A stretch of 62,376 bases of DNA from Octopus bimaculoides (lineage: Eukaryota), in assembly GCF_001194135.2 (NCBI RefSeq), contig NC_068982.1, positions 154,517,090 to 154,579,465 of the forward strand, in the 5' to 3' direction. A program made the position numbers and the translations under genes. The notes beneath the pieces were generated by a model, which had not been told where the DNA came from, made no database searches, and saw only the letters and a list, made by a program, of their open reading frames with translations. Of the stretch, positions 25,219-38,402 are shown one piece after another (the stretch's first letter is position 1; each line of letters opens with the position of its first letter).

Positions 25219-25368
25219 TCTGATAAGTAGAGATTAACCTTATGAGATGCACTGTGACAATCTTTCATGATGTCCTCCATCTGACAGAAACATTTCCCTC
25301 TCTTCACTTCTTACACTAATTCCTTACGCCCGCTGTTGTCACCGTCGTCGTCGTGGTTGTTATAGTAG

Positions 25369-25552
25369 TTAACTCCAGGTCAACTTTGAGCACGCCTATA
25401 ATAAAAGCATTCTAACCACGACCATTCCGTATACGAAATCGCGATTATCTGAAGTGTCCTTCATTATTTATAACTGCAAGATTTGATTTGAGAGAGATTT
25501 AGCTGCTACTTTTAGCAGCTCGATTGACTATACGTAGAATCTTACTCGTCGG
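25369..25552 (+). repeat. Family D copy
   Basis: TTAACTCCAGGTCAAC..GAGAGAGATTTAGCTGCTACTTTTAGCAG. Confidence 0.65.
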
Positions 25553-26155
25553 ATTATGATATGGTGGTTGCTATCGAAGAGTCGAACAATTTAGAATTAT
25601 AACATGTCTGGTCTGTCTGGTTTCTAAATTGAAAATGTCAATATGAAAATTTTATTAAAAAAGAATGAAGACATTCATTTTACATTGCTCTCTCAACTGT
25701 ATGTTGCTAGAAACATTGGACATTTTGCAATGAAAAATTTCTGTTATAAACATTATTACTCAACTCAAACACAATTATTGAGCAGTGGAAGATATTCAGG
25801 TATAAATGCCTTGGAAGTATAAAATCTATTTACGCCCTGAATTCAAATATCACCTTGGTCATCTTTGTTTTTCATCCTCCTGTCGTCAATAAAATAAGTA
25901 TCAGTAAAGTACTGGCATCGATTATATTATATGGCAGCTGTTAAATGATTGTAAGTACTATAATGATATAATAAATGTAATTACTGCAAACTATACATTT
26001 ACGAATGTAATTGTATAGTTTGCGCAATTAGTAATATGACAAACAACTAAAATACAACTCAATAAATATAGATAAAAGTAATGAAACTAGTTATATAGCG
26101 ATGAGTCAGCAAATATTTTTGAATAGTGGGCTGGACTCTTTGATAATTAGCAAAG

Positions 26156-26345
26156 AACGAGCGCTTACGTTATCGCGCCACTTGCTAAAAATTGCAGCCT
26201 TATCTGCCTAAAACTGCACCCTGTTATCTTAAAAGAAAGATACATTTTAATCTTAGATACCATAATAAAACAGAATGATTACGGTTGAAATAACTTTCTT
26301 CAAAAGTCTGTTTGAGCAAAGATTACCTGGAGTTAAATAAAAACT
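26156..26345 (-). repeat. Family D copy, inverted relative to 25369-25552
   Basis: Contains the reverse complement of TTAACTCCAGG and GGCTGCAATTTTTAGCAAG. Confidence 0.6.
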
Positions 26346-26886
26346 TTTACTAGCATCCTGAGCTTACAAAGGAATATGTGATCGCTCACTCTGCTAGGAA
26401 TAGTAGCTATGTCACTCACCCTTCACCTTTTCTCTCTCTCTAGGCACACATTATGGCCTTAGAAAATAAGCTATTAAATAAAAGTGTTTCATAAACAAAA
26501 TTCAGGATTGTCGCATCTGGTATGATTTAACACAGATTATCTTCGTCGAGGATGACCTTGAACTAAAAAAAAAAAAGATCTAAGAAAATATGAACAAATA
26601 TTCAAAATAATTTAACAAGTCTACAATTACTAAAACTTAGAGCAATTCATAAGATTTAAGATTCAAGTTTTCCAAACTACTGGAATCGTCCGCGTTACAG
26701 AAGTAATTTCTGAAAATTTGTCGTAAAAGGAAATCACGTTATGCAAAATTAATTTTTTCATTGATTCACTTGTCATAAGGTATTAATATGTTCAGACGAA
26801 TTTTCTCGAGAAATACAAAAAAGTCGTCTGTTTTTTGCATAAATGTAACAACTTTTAAAATACATAGTACGATGTATCTTTCATCC

Positions 26887-27261
26887 TTTATCTTTTACTT
26901 ATATTAGTCTTAAGGCAGCTGCTATGCTGGGGCACCGTCTTGAAGAATTTTTTTTTTTTTTTTTTTTTTNNNNNNNNNNAAAGCCTAGTACTTATTCCAT
27001 CGGTCTTTTTGCCGAACCGCTAAGTTACGGGTACGTAAAAACACCATCACCGATTGTCAATCGGTGGTGGAGGACAGACACACACACACACACACACATA
27101 ATATACGACGGATTTCTTTCAGTTCTGTCTACCAAATCCACTCACAAGGCTTTGGTCGGCCTGAGATTGCTTTTGAAGATACCTGCCCAAGATGCCACAC
27201 AGTGTGACTGAACCTGGAACCATGTGGTTGGGAAGCAATTTTTACCACAGTCACAACATCT
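26887..27261 (-). mobile_element. SINE family B, full length
   Basis: tRNA-like head, GGCATCTTGGGCAGG central domain, internal (GT)n and the TGACAATCGGTG..CGTAACTTAGCGGTTCGGC 3' part. Confidence 0.92.
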
Positions 27262-27441
27262 AAAGAGAAATAATAAGAAAATACGTAAGAATCGTAATAT
27301 CGTGATGGGGTACGTACTTACTACAAAAGATGTTGCCGGCTGTGTGACGGATGGCACTGATGCTGGTGGTGGAATGAGTGTCACTGGGTGGATGAAAGAC
27401 AAACGCATATACATGCATTATATATGTGTATACATGCATAT

Positions 27442-27602
27442 AGGCACAGGCGAGGCTATGTGATAAGAGGCTTGCTTCCCAGCTACATAGTTCCAGGTTC
27501 AGTCCCACTGCATGGAATCTTGAGCAATTGTCTTCTACTATGGCCTCGGGCCGATCAAAGCTTTGTAAGCGGATCTGGTAGACGGAAACCGAAAGAAGCC
27601 CG

Positions 27603-27683
<81 letters not shown>

Positions 27684-27900
27684 TGCGTTTGTCCCCACCT
27701 CACCATCGCTTGACAACCGATGTTGGTGTGTTTATGTGCCCGTAACTTAGCAGTTCGGCAAATATGACCGATAGAATAATTACTAGGCTTAAAAATAAAT
27801 CCTGGAGTCGGTTTGTTCGACTAAAATCCTTCAAGGCGGTGCTCCGGCATGGCCACAGTCAAACGACTGAAACAAGTAAAGGAATAAAAGAATAAAAGAA
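27442..27900 (+). mobile_element. SINE family B, full length
   Basis: Same modules on the + strand, ending in (AAAAGAAT)n. Confidence 0.93.
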
Positions 27901-28169
27901 TACATACATACGAAAAGATGGACTAACGTTGGCAGTTACATATATGCATGTACGAGTGTATGTATTCAAAAGATTGAATATAAACTTAAATAACAACAAA
28001 TCATGGTACATATATATAGATATTTAAGTATCCATATATATAACTATTAATACACTAATTTAAAGTGAATTTTACAGGGAACATGCAGATCTGTTGCGTC
28101 ACTGATGCAATTGAGAATGTCTTATATATTAAAGTTGATTGTACAGTTTTTGCTTATAATATTATTTAC

Positions 28170-28209
28170 CTGAAGTAATCATTTTGTGAATAAAGTTGAT
28201 TAGAAATGG
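28170..28209 (-). CDS. Candidate 40-nt exon ISNQLYSQNDYF
   Basis: Acceptor TTTGTATTCTCGGTGCAG and donor CAG|GTAAAT. The phase 1-2 frame is compatible with 23628. Confidence 0.25.
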
Positions 28210-29364
28210 CTGCACCGAGAATACAAACATTTAATACTAACGCTCCATATTAACTTGTGAATTATAAGGTTAATATGTTCAACATGTATTTCTGACTGTG
28301 GTGGTGGTTGTAGTGGAGGTGGAGACTGATAGTTCATGCTATGTCACCTTCATAGAGAGGGTAATTACATATGACCAAAGATATATATACGCTTTTATTT
28401 GCATGTACACAAATGCATAAACATACACACATCTATAAATGTATATGTGTGTGTGTGTATGTCTGTGTGAATATATGTGAGCATATACATATATAAATGT
28501 ATTTATATGTGTTTATATTTGAAAAAAACTAGTAGAAATGGCTTTTTTGGTAGAGGGAGTAATTTTTATTTTAATCTTAATAGTAAGGCTTACAGAGAGT
28601 GTTTCTCTGATATGAGTTTTGAGCTTCAAGTAGCCGTTTTCAAACTGAAAAATGTATGTTTTACTGGTTCCTTAAATAGCAAAAGATTTTTTCTTACAAG
28701 TATACATACAAAAAATATACACAAAAATGGGAAAAAATATGAAAGTATATATAAAGAATAAATTAAACGGAGAGATACAATTGACAATCCAATAATTTAT
28801 TTATACTATAACATAATATACTATGAATATAATATAAGATAACATAAAAAATCATTAAAAAAACCAAAATAGCCAACAATTTGTCTCGACTTACATATAT
28901 TTTTTGATATATAAACAATTCAATTCACTTATATATGTCTTATTAGAACTAAGGTTTAAAGATAGACGAAATTCCGTGTGAAAGGACGGCTATACTGTAG
29001 AAAAAATTAATTCAAATACCTATGTATTATGAGCGTGAGTTTTAACTTTTCAACTATGTAGTAATTAGAATTAATAAAAACAACATAAATACAAAAGCCT
29101 GTATGAAGAAGAACAACAAGAGGAAGGAAGAAAGAAGGCGAAGAAGAGAAAAAATGTAAATGAAATCATGAAAAGACTAAATTTATATATAGATAAAAAT
29201 AAAGATAAGAATAAAGATAAGACTAATCGAGAACAGTGGGGAGGAGAATTAAGAATGGAATGATTTCGTTGCGCAGAATAGACTTTGTGACGGCAATTTT
29301 ATATTTATTTAATAACTTTTAGTATTTTCGTTCAGTTCGGGCTGCGTTGCTTAACTTCACAGTG

Positions 29365-29700
29365 TGGTCCTAGTGTCGAACAACTATAGAATGGTCAGCA
29401 CTTAATTCTCCAAATAATTATTTTTGTGTGGGTTGACTTCAATAATGACTCTCAATTAATTGTTGTCATCTGTGGAAAGTCGTCCATGTCTTGGGTCATC
29501 TTTAAGTTTGTTGTTCCCACCATGAAACTTTGGGGGCCAATTTTGAGCTGTACGTCCGTTCTCTATCCTATGGTTAAATGCTAGGTTGATATTACGTGTA
29601 GCTTCTGTTGCTTTGTGTACTTGTTAGAATTGATACAATAAAATTGCTCAGATATCTTGACTTTTTGATTAATAATTTGACAACTAAAATATAAACTCCG
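29365..29700 (-). mobile_element. Decayed mariner transposase N-terminus (Hsmar1-like)
   Basis: AILLYQF*QVHKATEATRNINLAF..TAQNW..LKDDPRHGRLS..LRVIIEVNP..DHSIVVRH aligns with the mariner HTH region; stops present. Confidence 0.8.
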
Positions 29701-30605
29701 ATAACCTCGTGTAATGAACATCATGAAAACATTTATGATCTACCTTCATAATCGTAAGATTGTACAGTTTGGTAAATTTAATGCCGTGTTAAATTCCAAT
29801 TATGACGCTTAGTTTTGTGCAATTAAACACAGTTTCGGCAAAATTAATAGAAAATGGTTACGTCTTCTGTCCTTGGTAATAAACTTCGCCGATTTTCAAA
29901 TACACCAATTCAGCAATCAAATAACCATAAAGCGGCTTAGATACATCTTCAACCCAAGGACTGGTATCCAATTGATTACATAATCGCTAGAAGATCAGAT
30001 AAAAATGGTTTTTCATGCATTCATTCTATACCACTTATTGAATGTCAGATCACTCTTAGCTGCCCAACAAAATATCTTTTAGAATTTCAAGGTAACAAAA
30101 TGAAAATATCAAAGGTGATAGATGCTTAAATGTCAAGTAACTCAAGGCTGAGGATAGGAAACGTGAGCGCTCAGATAAATTAGATGCAACGCTATCAAAT
30201 GTAAATATTAAAGAAAATGGTGAAACACTCCACTTCATTTGAAATACTTGAAACATCTTATATCGTAAGCATTAGGATGTGTTCGATTGACTGGTGAGTA
30301 ATTTGTGCCTTGAAGTAGAATAGACGTGTAGCTTACGTGTCAGAAAGAGTTGATTTGTGGGTTCTACGTAAATCCGAGTCCACAGACATTAAAGAAGATG
30401 AAGGAGAACTTTTAGTATCGTGGTAAGTGTAGATGTTGTTGATGCGCCGCAAGGTTAACGATTACCATAGTTCAATCTTGGAAGCCTACTACGAAAGCAT
30501 ATAACAAAGCCGACACCACACACATGCTCACATATAAATACATACATGTATTATGTGTGAGTGTATGTATGTATGCGGGTGTATATATGTATATATATAT
30601 ATATA

Positions 30606-30645
<40 letters not shown>

Positions 30646-30890
30646 ATTATATATATAATATAAATATATATATATTTATTTATATATATTATATATATAT
30701 AGTATATATATATATATAAATCAATATGTGTGTGTGTGTATCTCTCTCTCTCTATATATATATGTGTGTATTTACATGTATGTCTATATAAATGTATATA
30801 TATNNNNNNNNNNNNNNNNNNNNNNNNNNNNNNNNNNNNNNNNNNNNNNNNNNNNNNNNNNNNNNNNNNNNNNNNNNNNNNNNNNNNNNN

Positions 30891-30955
<65 letters not shown>

Positions 30956-31010
30956 TATATATACACACACAAATATATATATACAAATATATATATTATA
31001 CATATATACT

Positions 31011-31401
31011 TTTTACCTTTTACTTGTTTCAATTATTTAACTGCGGCTACATTGAAGCAACGCCTTGAAGGATTTTAGTCGAACAAATCGACCCAGGACA
31101 TTTCTTAAAGTCTAGTACTACTAGTAGTGATTTTATCAGTAAGTTTTGCCGAACCACTAAGTTACGGGGACGTAATTACAGCAATACCGGTTGTCAAGGG
31201 GTGGTGAGGAGGACAAACACAGACAGAAAGAAATACACACAAATATATATATATATACACGTCAGGCTTCTTTTAGTTTCTGTCTACCAAATCCACTCAC
31301 AAGGCTTTGGTCGGACCGTGGTTAGAGCAGTAGACACTTGCTGAAGGGAAGTGGGAGTGAACTCAGAACCATGTGCTTGGAAAGCAAGCTTCTTACCACA
31401 C
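31011..31401 (-). mobile_element. SINE family B, near full length
   Basis: All B modules present; the head ends in a (CA)-rich tract. Confidence 0.88.
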
Positions 31402-31499
31402 ATACATACACGCACGCACGCACACGCACGCACGCACACACACATACACGCACACACGCGCACGCGCACATGCGCGCGCGCACGCGCGCACACACATAT

Positions 31500-31679
31500 A
31501 TGGACCGCTAAACTCTACACGTTAGTTTTAATTCTCTTTCTATTCATTTCCTCTAATTCCTTTCTGTTGAAGAGCGTAGGCTCGAAACGTAAAAGACTTT
31601 TTCACTTTCCCGAGCGTCAAACTAATACACTTGCTCGTTGTTCCTACACTCGTTTTCTTCTGTTTTTCTATAAATTTGA

Positions 31680-31683
<4 letters not shown>
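31500..31683 (+). mobile_element. Penelope-like terminal-repeat fragment
   Basis: Second copy of the repeat at 21556, bounded by microsatellites. Confidence 0.6.
31559..31596 (+). ncRNA. Minimal type I hammerhead ribozyme-like motif (U6 variant), copy 2
   Basis: CUUU-CUGUUGA-A-GAGC(GUAG)GCUC-GAA-ACGU-A-AAAG; cleavage triplet GUA. Confidence 0.55.
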
Positions 31684-31763
<80 letters not shown>

Positions 31764-31943
31764 TACACAAAACTGCATCAATGCTTTTCCGGCAACAAAT
31801 GATAACCATACCTCTTTTAATTCGAATAGTATTATGATGAGGACACTTAAATTTCCCGTGATTATTATTAACCTTTTTGCTATCATACTTTTACGACACA
31901 TCTTTTATCCACAAAAGGTTGCAACACTTTTCCAACTATAAGA

Positions 31944-32066
31944 ATCGTTTCTACTATAGGTAGAAGGCCTGAAATTTTGGTAGAGGGGTAAGTCGATTAC
32001 ATCGACCCAGCACTCAACTGGAAGTTATTTCATCAACCCAGAAAGAACGAAAGACAAAGTCAACCC
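31944..32066 (-). mobile_element. SINE A, 3' half
   Basis: TTTCTACTATAGG..AGGCCTGAAATTTT..GTCGATTACATCGACCC. Confidence 0.85.
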
Positions 32067-32958
32067 CCCACCCAGCAAGTAAGTAGAAACCTTGTTTGAA
32101 ATTTTTGAAAGAAGGATTTTTATTGGTTTTAATGAGAAAAAATCGAACCAAGTTTCTGTGTCACTGTTCTATAGTATAGTAGCAACTTACCTCAAGAGAC
32201 CTGTTCGGGTTTACAAAAATGATGAAGAAATCTCTTATAAATGTTGCGATGTACGGCAAATCGTCAAAATTTATGAATATTAAAACATTAGTTAAGCATC
32301 AAGAAAGCAGAATGGACTTTCAAATACAAAAGACAAACAGAATAATTAAATAGACGCCGTTGCAGCAAAAAAGTAGAAATACTGTTGGCTGATTTAGAAA
32401 ACTTCAAACTGTTTCATTAAGTGTCATGAACCAAAAAAAAAAAAATAAATAAACAGAACGATTCCAGCTCGTGTTGCATGATTTAGAAAGTAAATCTTTA
32501 TAAATTGGAACAAACTCAACAGCTTCAAATGCTAAAAGTATATAGAGAAAGACACGTAACTTATGTGTACTGATGTTATCTAGTGTAATATGTAAGTTAA
32601 TATTGAAGTTAGGTAAAATTTACTTGTACTATAAATCTCTTGACAGATGTATGAACATCACAGCACTACACGTCTTATTATTTTATAATACAAGCAAGTA
32701 TTCAAATCCCTACCTGTATAAGAAATATTCTTTAGTACTCTATTAAATCTATAACTTTTAACTTTTACTACTCCGTACGTTGTTACATTTCTATGTTATC
32801 TAAAGTACTACCGATGTGGTAAATCAAAGTGACAAAACAGCGATGACAGTTGTTGGAAGCCCGTATCATAATATTGACATGATCCTTGCCAATAGAAAGA
32901 AAGAAAGCTCAAAGTATTAGGGCCTGATTGGGGAAACATCTGTGTTAAAGGAAAGGGT

Positions 32959-33504
32959 CACGTGTCCAGGTAGATTAAGAGGACCAGGGTAGATAATCCT
33001 TCACTTGCCGGACCAATAAATCAAAACAGAATGATGAAGTTTAGCAGTGGCCCTTATCGAAGCTAAATTGGGGTGAAGATAAGAGAGAGATAAGGATAGA
33101 ATGTGTGTCGTATGTGTGTTTATGCGTGTGCGTGTATTGTGTGCGTGCGTATCAGAGAAGGGGAGAGAGAGAGAGAGAGCGAGAGAGAGAGAGAGGGGGG
33201 AAGAGAAAGTTAATGAAGTGAAAAAAATAGAGAATGGTGTCCTGTAAAAATTATAGACGCTTCCACCACCTCTCCAATTGAATAAGAGGTAGAGTGTGTG
33301 AACAAATAAATGAATAAATAAACGAGGGGCAGAACAGGAAAAAAGGATATAGAGAAAGAAAGGAGAAATGAAGTGGACGTCTTGGTATAGAGGAAAAGGG
33401 TTATGAAATGATTATTTGCGGACAAGCAGCGGACCTTAGACACGTGATAAGTAGTAAGCCGGTGCGTCGGCCACACGTCGCTTTCTGGGGTAGGTCGCGA
33501 TAAG
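32959..33504. promoter_or_regulatory. GATA/E-box motif cluster
   Basis: CACGTG at 32959 and 33441; AGATAA at 32991, 33077 and 33088; CTTATC at 33053; TGATAA at 33445 overlapping the E-box; CGATAAG at 33498. Confidence 0.3.
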
Positions 33505-33720
33505 TAGCCAGGTCTAGGCAAATATCATGCCGGTACAGTGTCCTGTACACGGCTGTCTGACTTGATATACTTTCTATTTATCAGCTTATTTATCTATCTC
33601 TATCTCGCAATCTACATACATACATACATACATACATACATACATACATACATACATACATACATACATACATACATACATACATGCATATGTATGTGTG
33701 TGTATGTATATATATATATA

Positions 33721-33795
<75 letters not shown>

Positions 33796-34031
33796 GTATG
33801 TATGTATGTATGTATATATATGTATGTATGTATATATATGTGTGTGTGTATGTATGTATGCATTATGTATTATGCATATATATATACACGTACAGATAGA
33901 CAGACAGACAGGCAGATAGAGAGAGACACACGTCTAAAATCTATTACTGCGTCTCTACACCTTTTATTACCTGACAGTATTTCTACTACAAGAATAAATC
34001 TTTTTCCAAATTACCATCATCATCAACAACT

Positions 34032-34070
<39 letters not shown>

Positions 34071-34640
34071 TACAAACATACATATATATGTATGTAGGAG
34101 TATATATGTATATGTTAAAGTGACTATGTGTGTATGTATGTATAAATATATATATGCATGTATGTATAAATACACACACACACACACAGACGTCAACAGG
34201 GGAGGGGAAATGATAGTAAAGATGTACCACCATACCGTGTATTGAATTATCTTTCTAAGTCTATATGTGCTTCCCGAGCAAAATACCCAAATCTGTTTTT
34301 TGATTTATTATTCAAGTTACTTATTAACTAATCGTTAGAACAATCACAAATAACCTTGTTTTAATATGTTATGAATATTTCAATAAAGGGACTGGAGAAC
34401 ACTATAAAGGAAATAAACCTGTGACACGAGACGTAGACCTGGGTTCGATTCTAAGTCAGAGACAATTTGTGAACACATTTTTCCCTGCCTCCCCTAAAAA
34501 GTAAAAGAAACTAAATCTGTCGTTCAATGAATAGATATCGAAAAAGATAGAACCAGATTAAGCTACTGTGGATTATAAGAGCAATTGATTAAACCCAATA
34601 GTGCGATGCCCCAGCTTGGAATGTGGTTGAAACGAATATC

Positions 34641-34686
<46 letters not shown>

Positions 34687-34996
34687 TGTATATATACATA
34701 CATATATGCAAATGCGAGCGCAAACATACACACATACGCATGCAATCACATATACACACCCACACATATATGTATACACACGCGAATAAAAATTACACAA
34801 ATATACATATATGGAAAATAGAATTTCAGTGGACACTTTCGTGGAAATGATATATTTCTTGACGAGAGCACAATGACAAATTAAATATTAATTGAAGCTT
34901 ATGACAGAAGTCTATGCGAAAGAGATAAGGTACAAGATTTGAATCCGGACATTGCTTGTGTCTTTACGAGTGTATGTATATGTGTGTGTGTGTGTG

Positions 34997-35043
<47 letters not shown>

Positions 35044-35089
35044 TTATACATTATATATGTGCATAGATGTATGTCCGTGCGTGTGTATG

Positions 35090-35149
<60 letters not shown>

Positions 35150-35587
35150 CATACACAGACACATATATGCACACACATACATACATACATATTTATATAT
35201 AAGAGAGAGACAGAGACAGAGTATATTAATTATTTAATGTCAATTATTTCCGTCTGCTGTGTCATTCTCGATTTAAATTATATATAAGCATAAAAAAGAT
35301 TACTCTTTTATATTCTGTAAGTTTAAATACAAAATGTTTAAATGATATAACGCAATTATGGACAGTAACACTCATGCTACAGAAATTAATATCATTTAAT
35401 ATAATAACATCTTTCGCGCATTTTTATTCCGATGTTTTATGCTTCTACTTCATCTGAGATGAGTAGGAGCTATGGGCTGTAAGAGAAGTGTAGTTTGTTG
35501 GCCAAATCGTTTTCGATACATTCATTTGCCACTGGTTCTCCCCTTGCACCCAGTTTTCCTCTCCGGTTCCAGGAATTGTCTGCTTAC

Positions 35588-35627
35588 GGCAATGCACCAC
35601 CTTCTGGGGAATGGTATCAGCAGAAAC
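35588..35627 (-). CDS. Candidate exon VSADTIPQKVVHC (frame stays open to a stop at 35445)
   Basis: Acceptor CTTTTCGGCTGTCCTCAGCCAG with an in-frame stop just upstream; donor GCC|GTAAGC. GC-rich unique island. Confidence 0.3.
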
Positions 35628-35674
35628 CTGGCTGAGGACAGCCGAAAAGTTTTAAATGCGTGACCAAAGGTCGA

Positions 35675-35797
35675 TGGTCGACTTTGCCTTTCATCCTTTC
35701 AGGGTCGATGAAATAAGTACCAGTTGAGCACTGGGGTCGATGTCATTGACTTACCCACTACTCCAAAATTTCCGGCCTTGAACCTATAACAGAAGGG
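35675..35797 (+). mobile_element. SINE A, 3' half
   Basis: GGTCGACTTTGCCTTTCATCCTTTC..AAAATTTCCGGCCTTG. Confidence 0.88.
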
Positions 35798-35899
35798 GTC
35801 GTTTTAATGGAAAAATGAAAAATCATCAAATTCGATAGAGGATTTTCTAACTGCATAAGTCATTAAAATTAACATTGAACGATAGCCGTTGAAGATGGA

Positions 35900-36570
35900 T
35901 GGGCAGAGTTTGATTTTCACCATGTAGAGGACATTTCCAATAAAATTAGTAGCTATTCTGACCGCCTTAGAGGAAGGCCGCCAAGATAAAAATGCCAAAA
36001 ACATATCCCGATGCATTCGCTGTTTGGCGATGAAAAGCAGAAAAAAAGTGACAGAAATACCACATGTAGGTTGGTATCATTACTATCAGAAATCAAATCA
36101 ATTTGATTTGCAAGTAAATTACTGTTCATTTCTTCGAAAATCTGAGGTACTCTTAATCAGTTCACTAAAATACATTACAATTAAATGTCGAAAATCTTCT
36201 GATCCAATGAGTCAAAATTTAATTTGTTCGGCTCACATCGACGAATTTAGGCCTGACATCGTACAAGAATTTTACCAAGAGTGCATGAATCTGATACTTA
36301 TGTATAGCCGTGGCAACGTCATGGTTTGAAAAATACGTCGGTGACATTCTTCAGATCGTAGAGATCACGAAAAAGACTTCGATTCCAAATGCCACGAATT
36401 ATTTCGAACGGCTGTGGATTTTTCCGTATTGACAAAAATCTGAAATATAATGTAAGAATTTTCAAGGAAGTCATCAAATTCAAGAAAGTTGGTGTGGTGC
36501 AGGGTACAGCGAAATCTTCGGATGTAAATCCTTAGCAAACTTATAGAATCAAATTTGCATAGCGTTGAGC
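35900..36570 (+). mobile_element. Decayed Tc1-like transposase
   Basis: NESKFNLFGS at 36206-36235 (WSDESKF), RGNVMV* at 36309-36329 (GGGSVMVW) and AKSSDVNP at 36509-36532 (SPDLNPIE) occur in the correct order. Confidence 0.8.
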
Positions 36571-37213
36571 AATGGAAGTCCAGGAAATTTAGTGAATAGC
36601 ATGATTAGGATTATGTATCCAAACAGTAGGAAGAAATTCTAGATAGCGTGATATACACAAACTTCTCCCACCTCTCCCCACTCTTTCCCTCTCTCTCCCT
36701 GTACCCCTTTCTCCCTCTCCCTCCTACTCTTTCTCTTTCTTTCTCTCTCTTTCTCTCTCTCTCTCTGTTTCTCTTTCTCTTTCCGAGTGTGTATGTGAAT
36801 GCGTATGTACATACATGTGCAGCGGGTGTATAAATTCTTCCCGGTATTTAATGCTCACATTCCATTTTATCGAAGGAAAATATGCTTTAAAATTCTTAAA
36901 TTAAATAAAGTTCATTTTCGTGGCTTTATTAACAGTGTCAGTAATTGAATTTGGCTAATTTAACATTTACATATCTAAACTTACATCATTTAAGAGAGTT
37001 AAAAAATATCTATATTTATTCATAAGAATATATGTATTTTGAATCATAAGTGATTAAACATATGATATAATTAACGTTCAACTTTTAATCAAAATAATAA
37101 ATCTTATCTTTAATCTACGTGATATTATGTGTGTGTGTGTGTGTGTGTGTGCATGTGAATATATATTTATATGTTTATTTATACACACACATACGCATGT
37201 ATGTATTTATGTA

Positions 37214-37276
<63 letters not shown>

Positions 37277-37970
37277 TTGTGTATATGTGTATATAGCATA
37301 CACGCACACACACGCATACATACGCACATACACACACATAAATATACATTTACACATACGTGTATGTATGTATGTATGTATGTATGTATGTATGTATGCA
37401 AAAAAGACAACCCCCCCCCCCCNNNNNNNNNNNNNNNNNNNNNNNNNNNNNNNNNNNNNNNNNNNNNNNNNNNNNNNNNNNNNNNNNNNNNNNNNNNNNN
37501 NNNNNNNNNNNNNNNNNNNNNNNNNNNNNNNNNNNNNNNNNNNNNNNNNNNNNNNNNNNNNNNNNNNNNNNNNNNNNNNNNNNNNNNNNNNNNNNNNNNN
37601 NNNNNNNNNNNNNNNNNNNNNNNNNNNNNNNNNNNNNNNNNNNNNNNNNNNNNNNNNNNNNNNNNNNNNNNNNNNNNNNNNNNNNNNNNNNNNNNNNNNN
37701 NNNNNNNNNNNNNNNNNNNNNNNNNNNNNNNNNNNNNNNNNNNNNNNNNNNNNNNNNNNNNNNNNNNNNNNNNNNNNNNNNNNNNNNNNNNNNNNNNNNN
37801 NNNNNNNNNNNNNNNNNNNNNNNNNNNNNNNNNNNNNNNNNNNNNNNNNNNNNNNNNNNNNNNNNNNNNNNNNNNNNNNNNNNNNNNNNNNNNNNNNNNN
37901 NNNNNNNNNNNNNNNNNNNNNNNNNNNNNNNNNNNNNNNNNNNNNNNNNNNNNNNNNNNNNNNNNNNNNN

Positions 37971-38007
<37 letters not shown>

Positions 38008-38402
38008 ATCATAAATATGAAGTGTACGCTAAACGGTGTTTTAATTCACCTGTCATCAGTATCTCGTCGTTTACTGAGCCGGCATTTAGGTTCTACTGTT
38101 TCAAGTAAGTCTAATGCATGTTGGCGAAGATAAGAAATTAAATTGATCTCAGTACACAACTGGTAGTTTATTATATCGTCGCTGGATTACTGGAAGGTAC
38201 GGTTGACTTCGGCATTATTCGTACTCAGAACGTAAAGAGCCAAAACAAATACCGAAAAAACTACCGACACCTCACTTTGACAAGAGCTGGATTTGTTGAT
38301 GGATATATTACGCAAGTTACGCTTTTACTTTAAACCTCACTGTGACTGATTCTACTTTACTTTGTTATCGACACAGTGTGGACCAGCTTTTATCGGTGTT
38401 GT

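Noticed and set aside
24284-25307. 300-aa ORFs here and at 37127, 47451, 52827 and 53736
   Set aside because: They span N gaps and are artefacts.
35441-35470. Short imperfect hairpin
   Set aside because: About 14 bp with a bulge and a 1-nt loop; not terminator- or miRNA-like.
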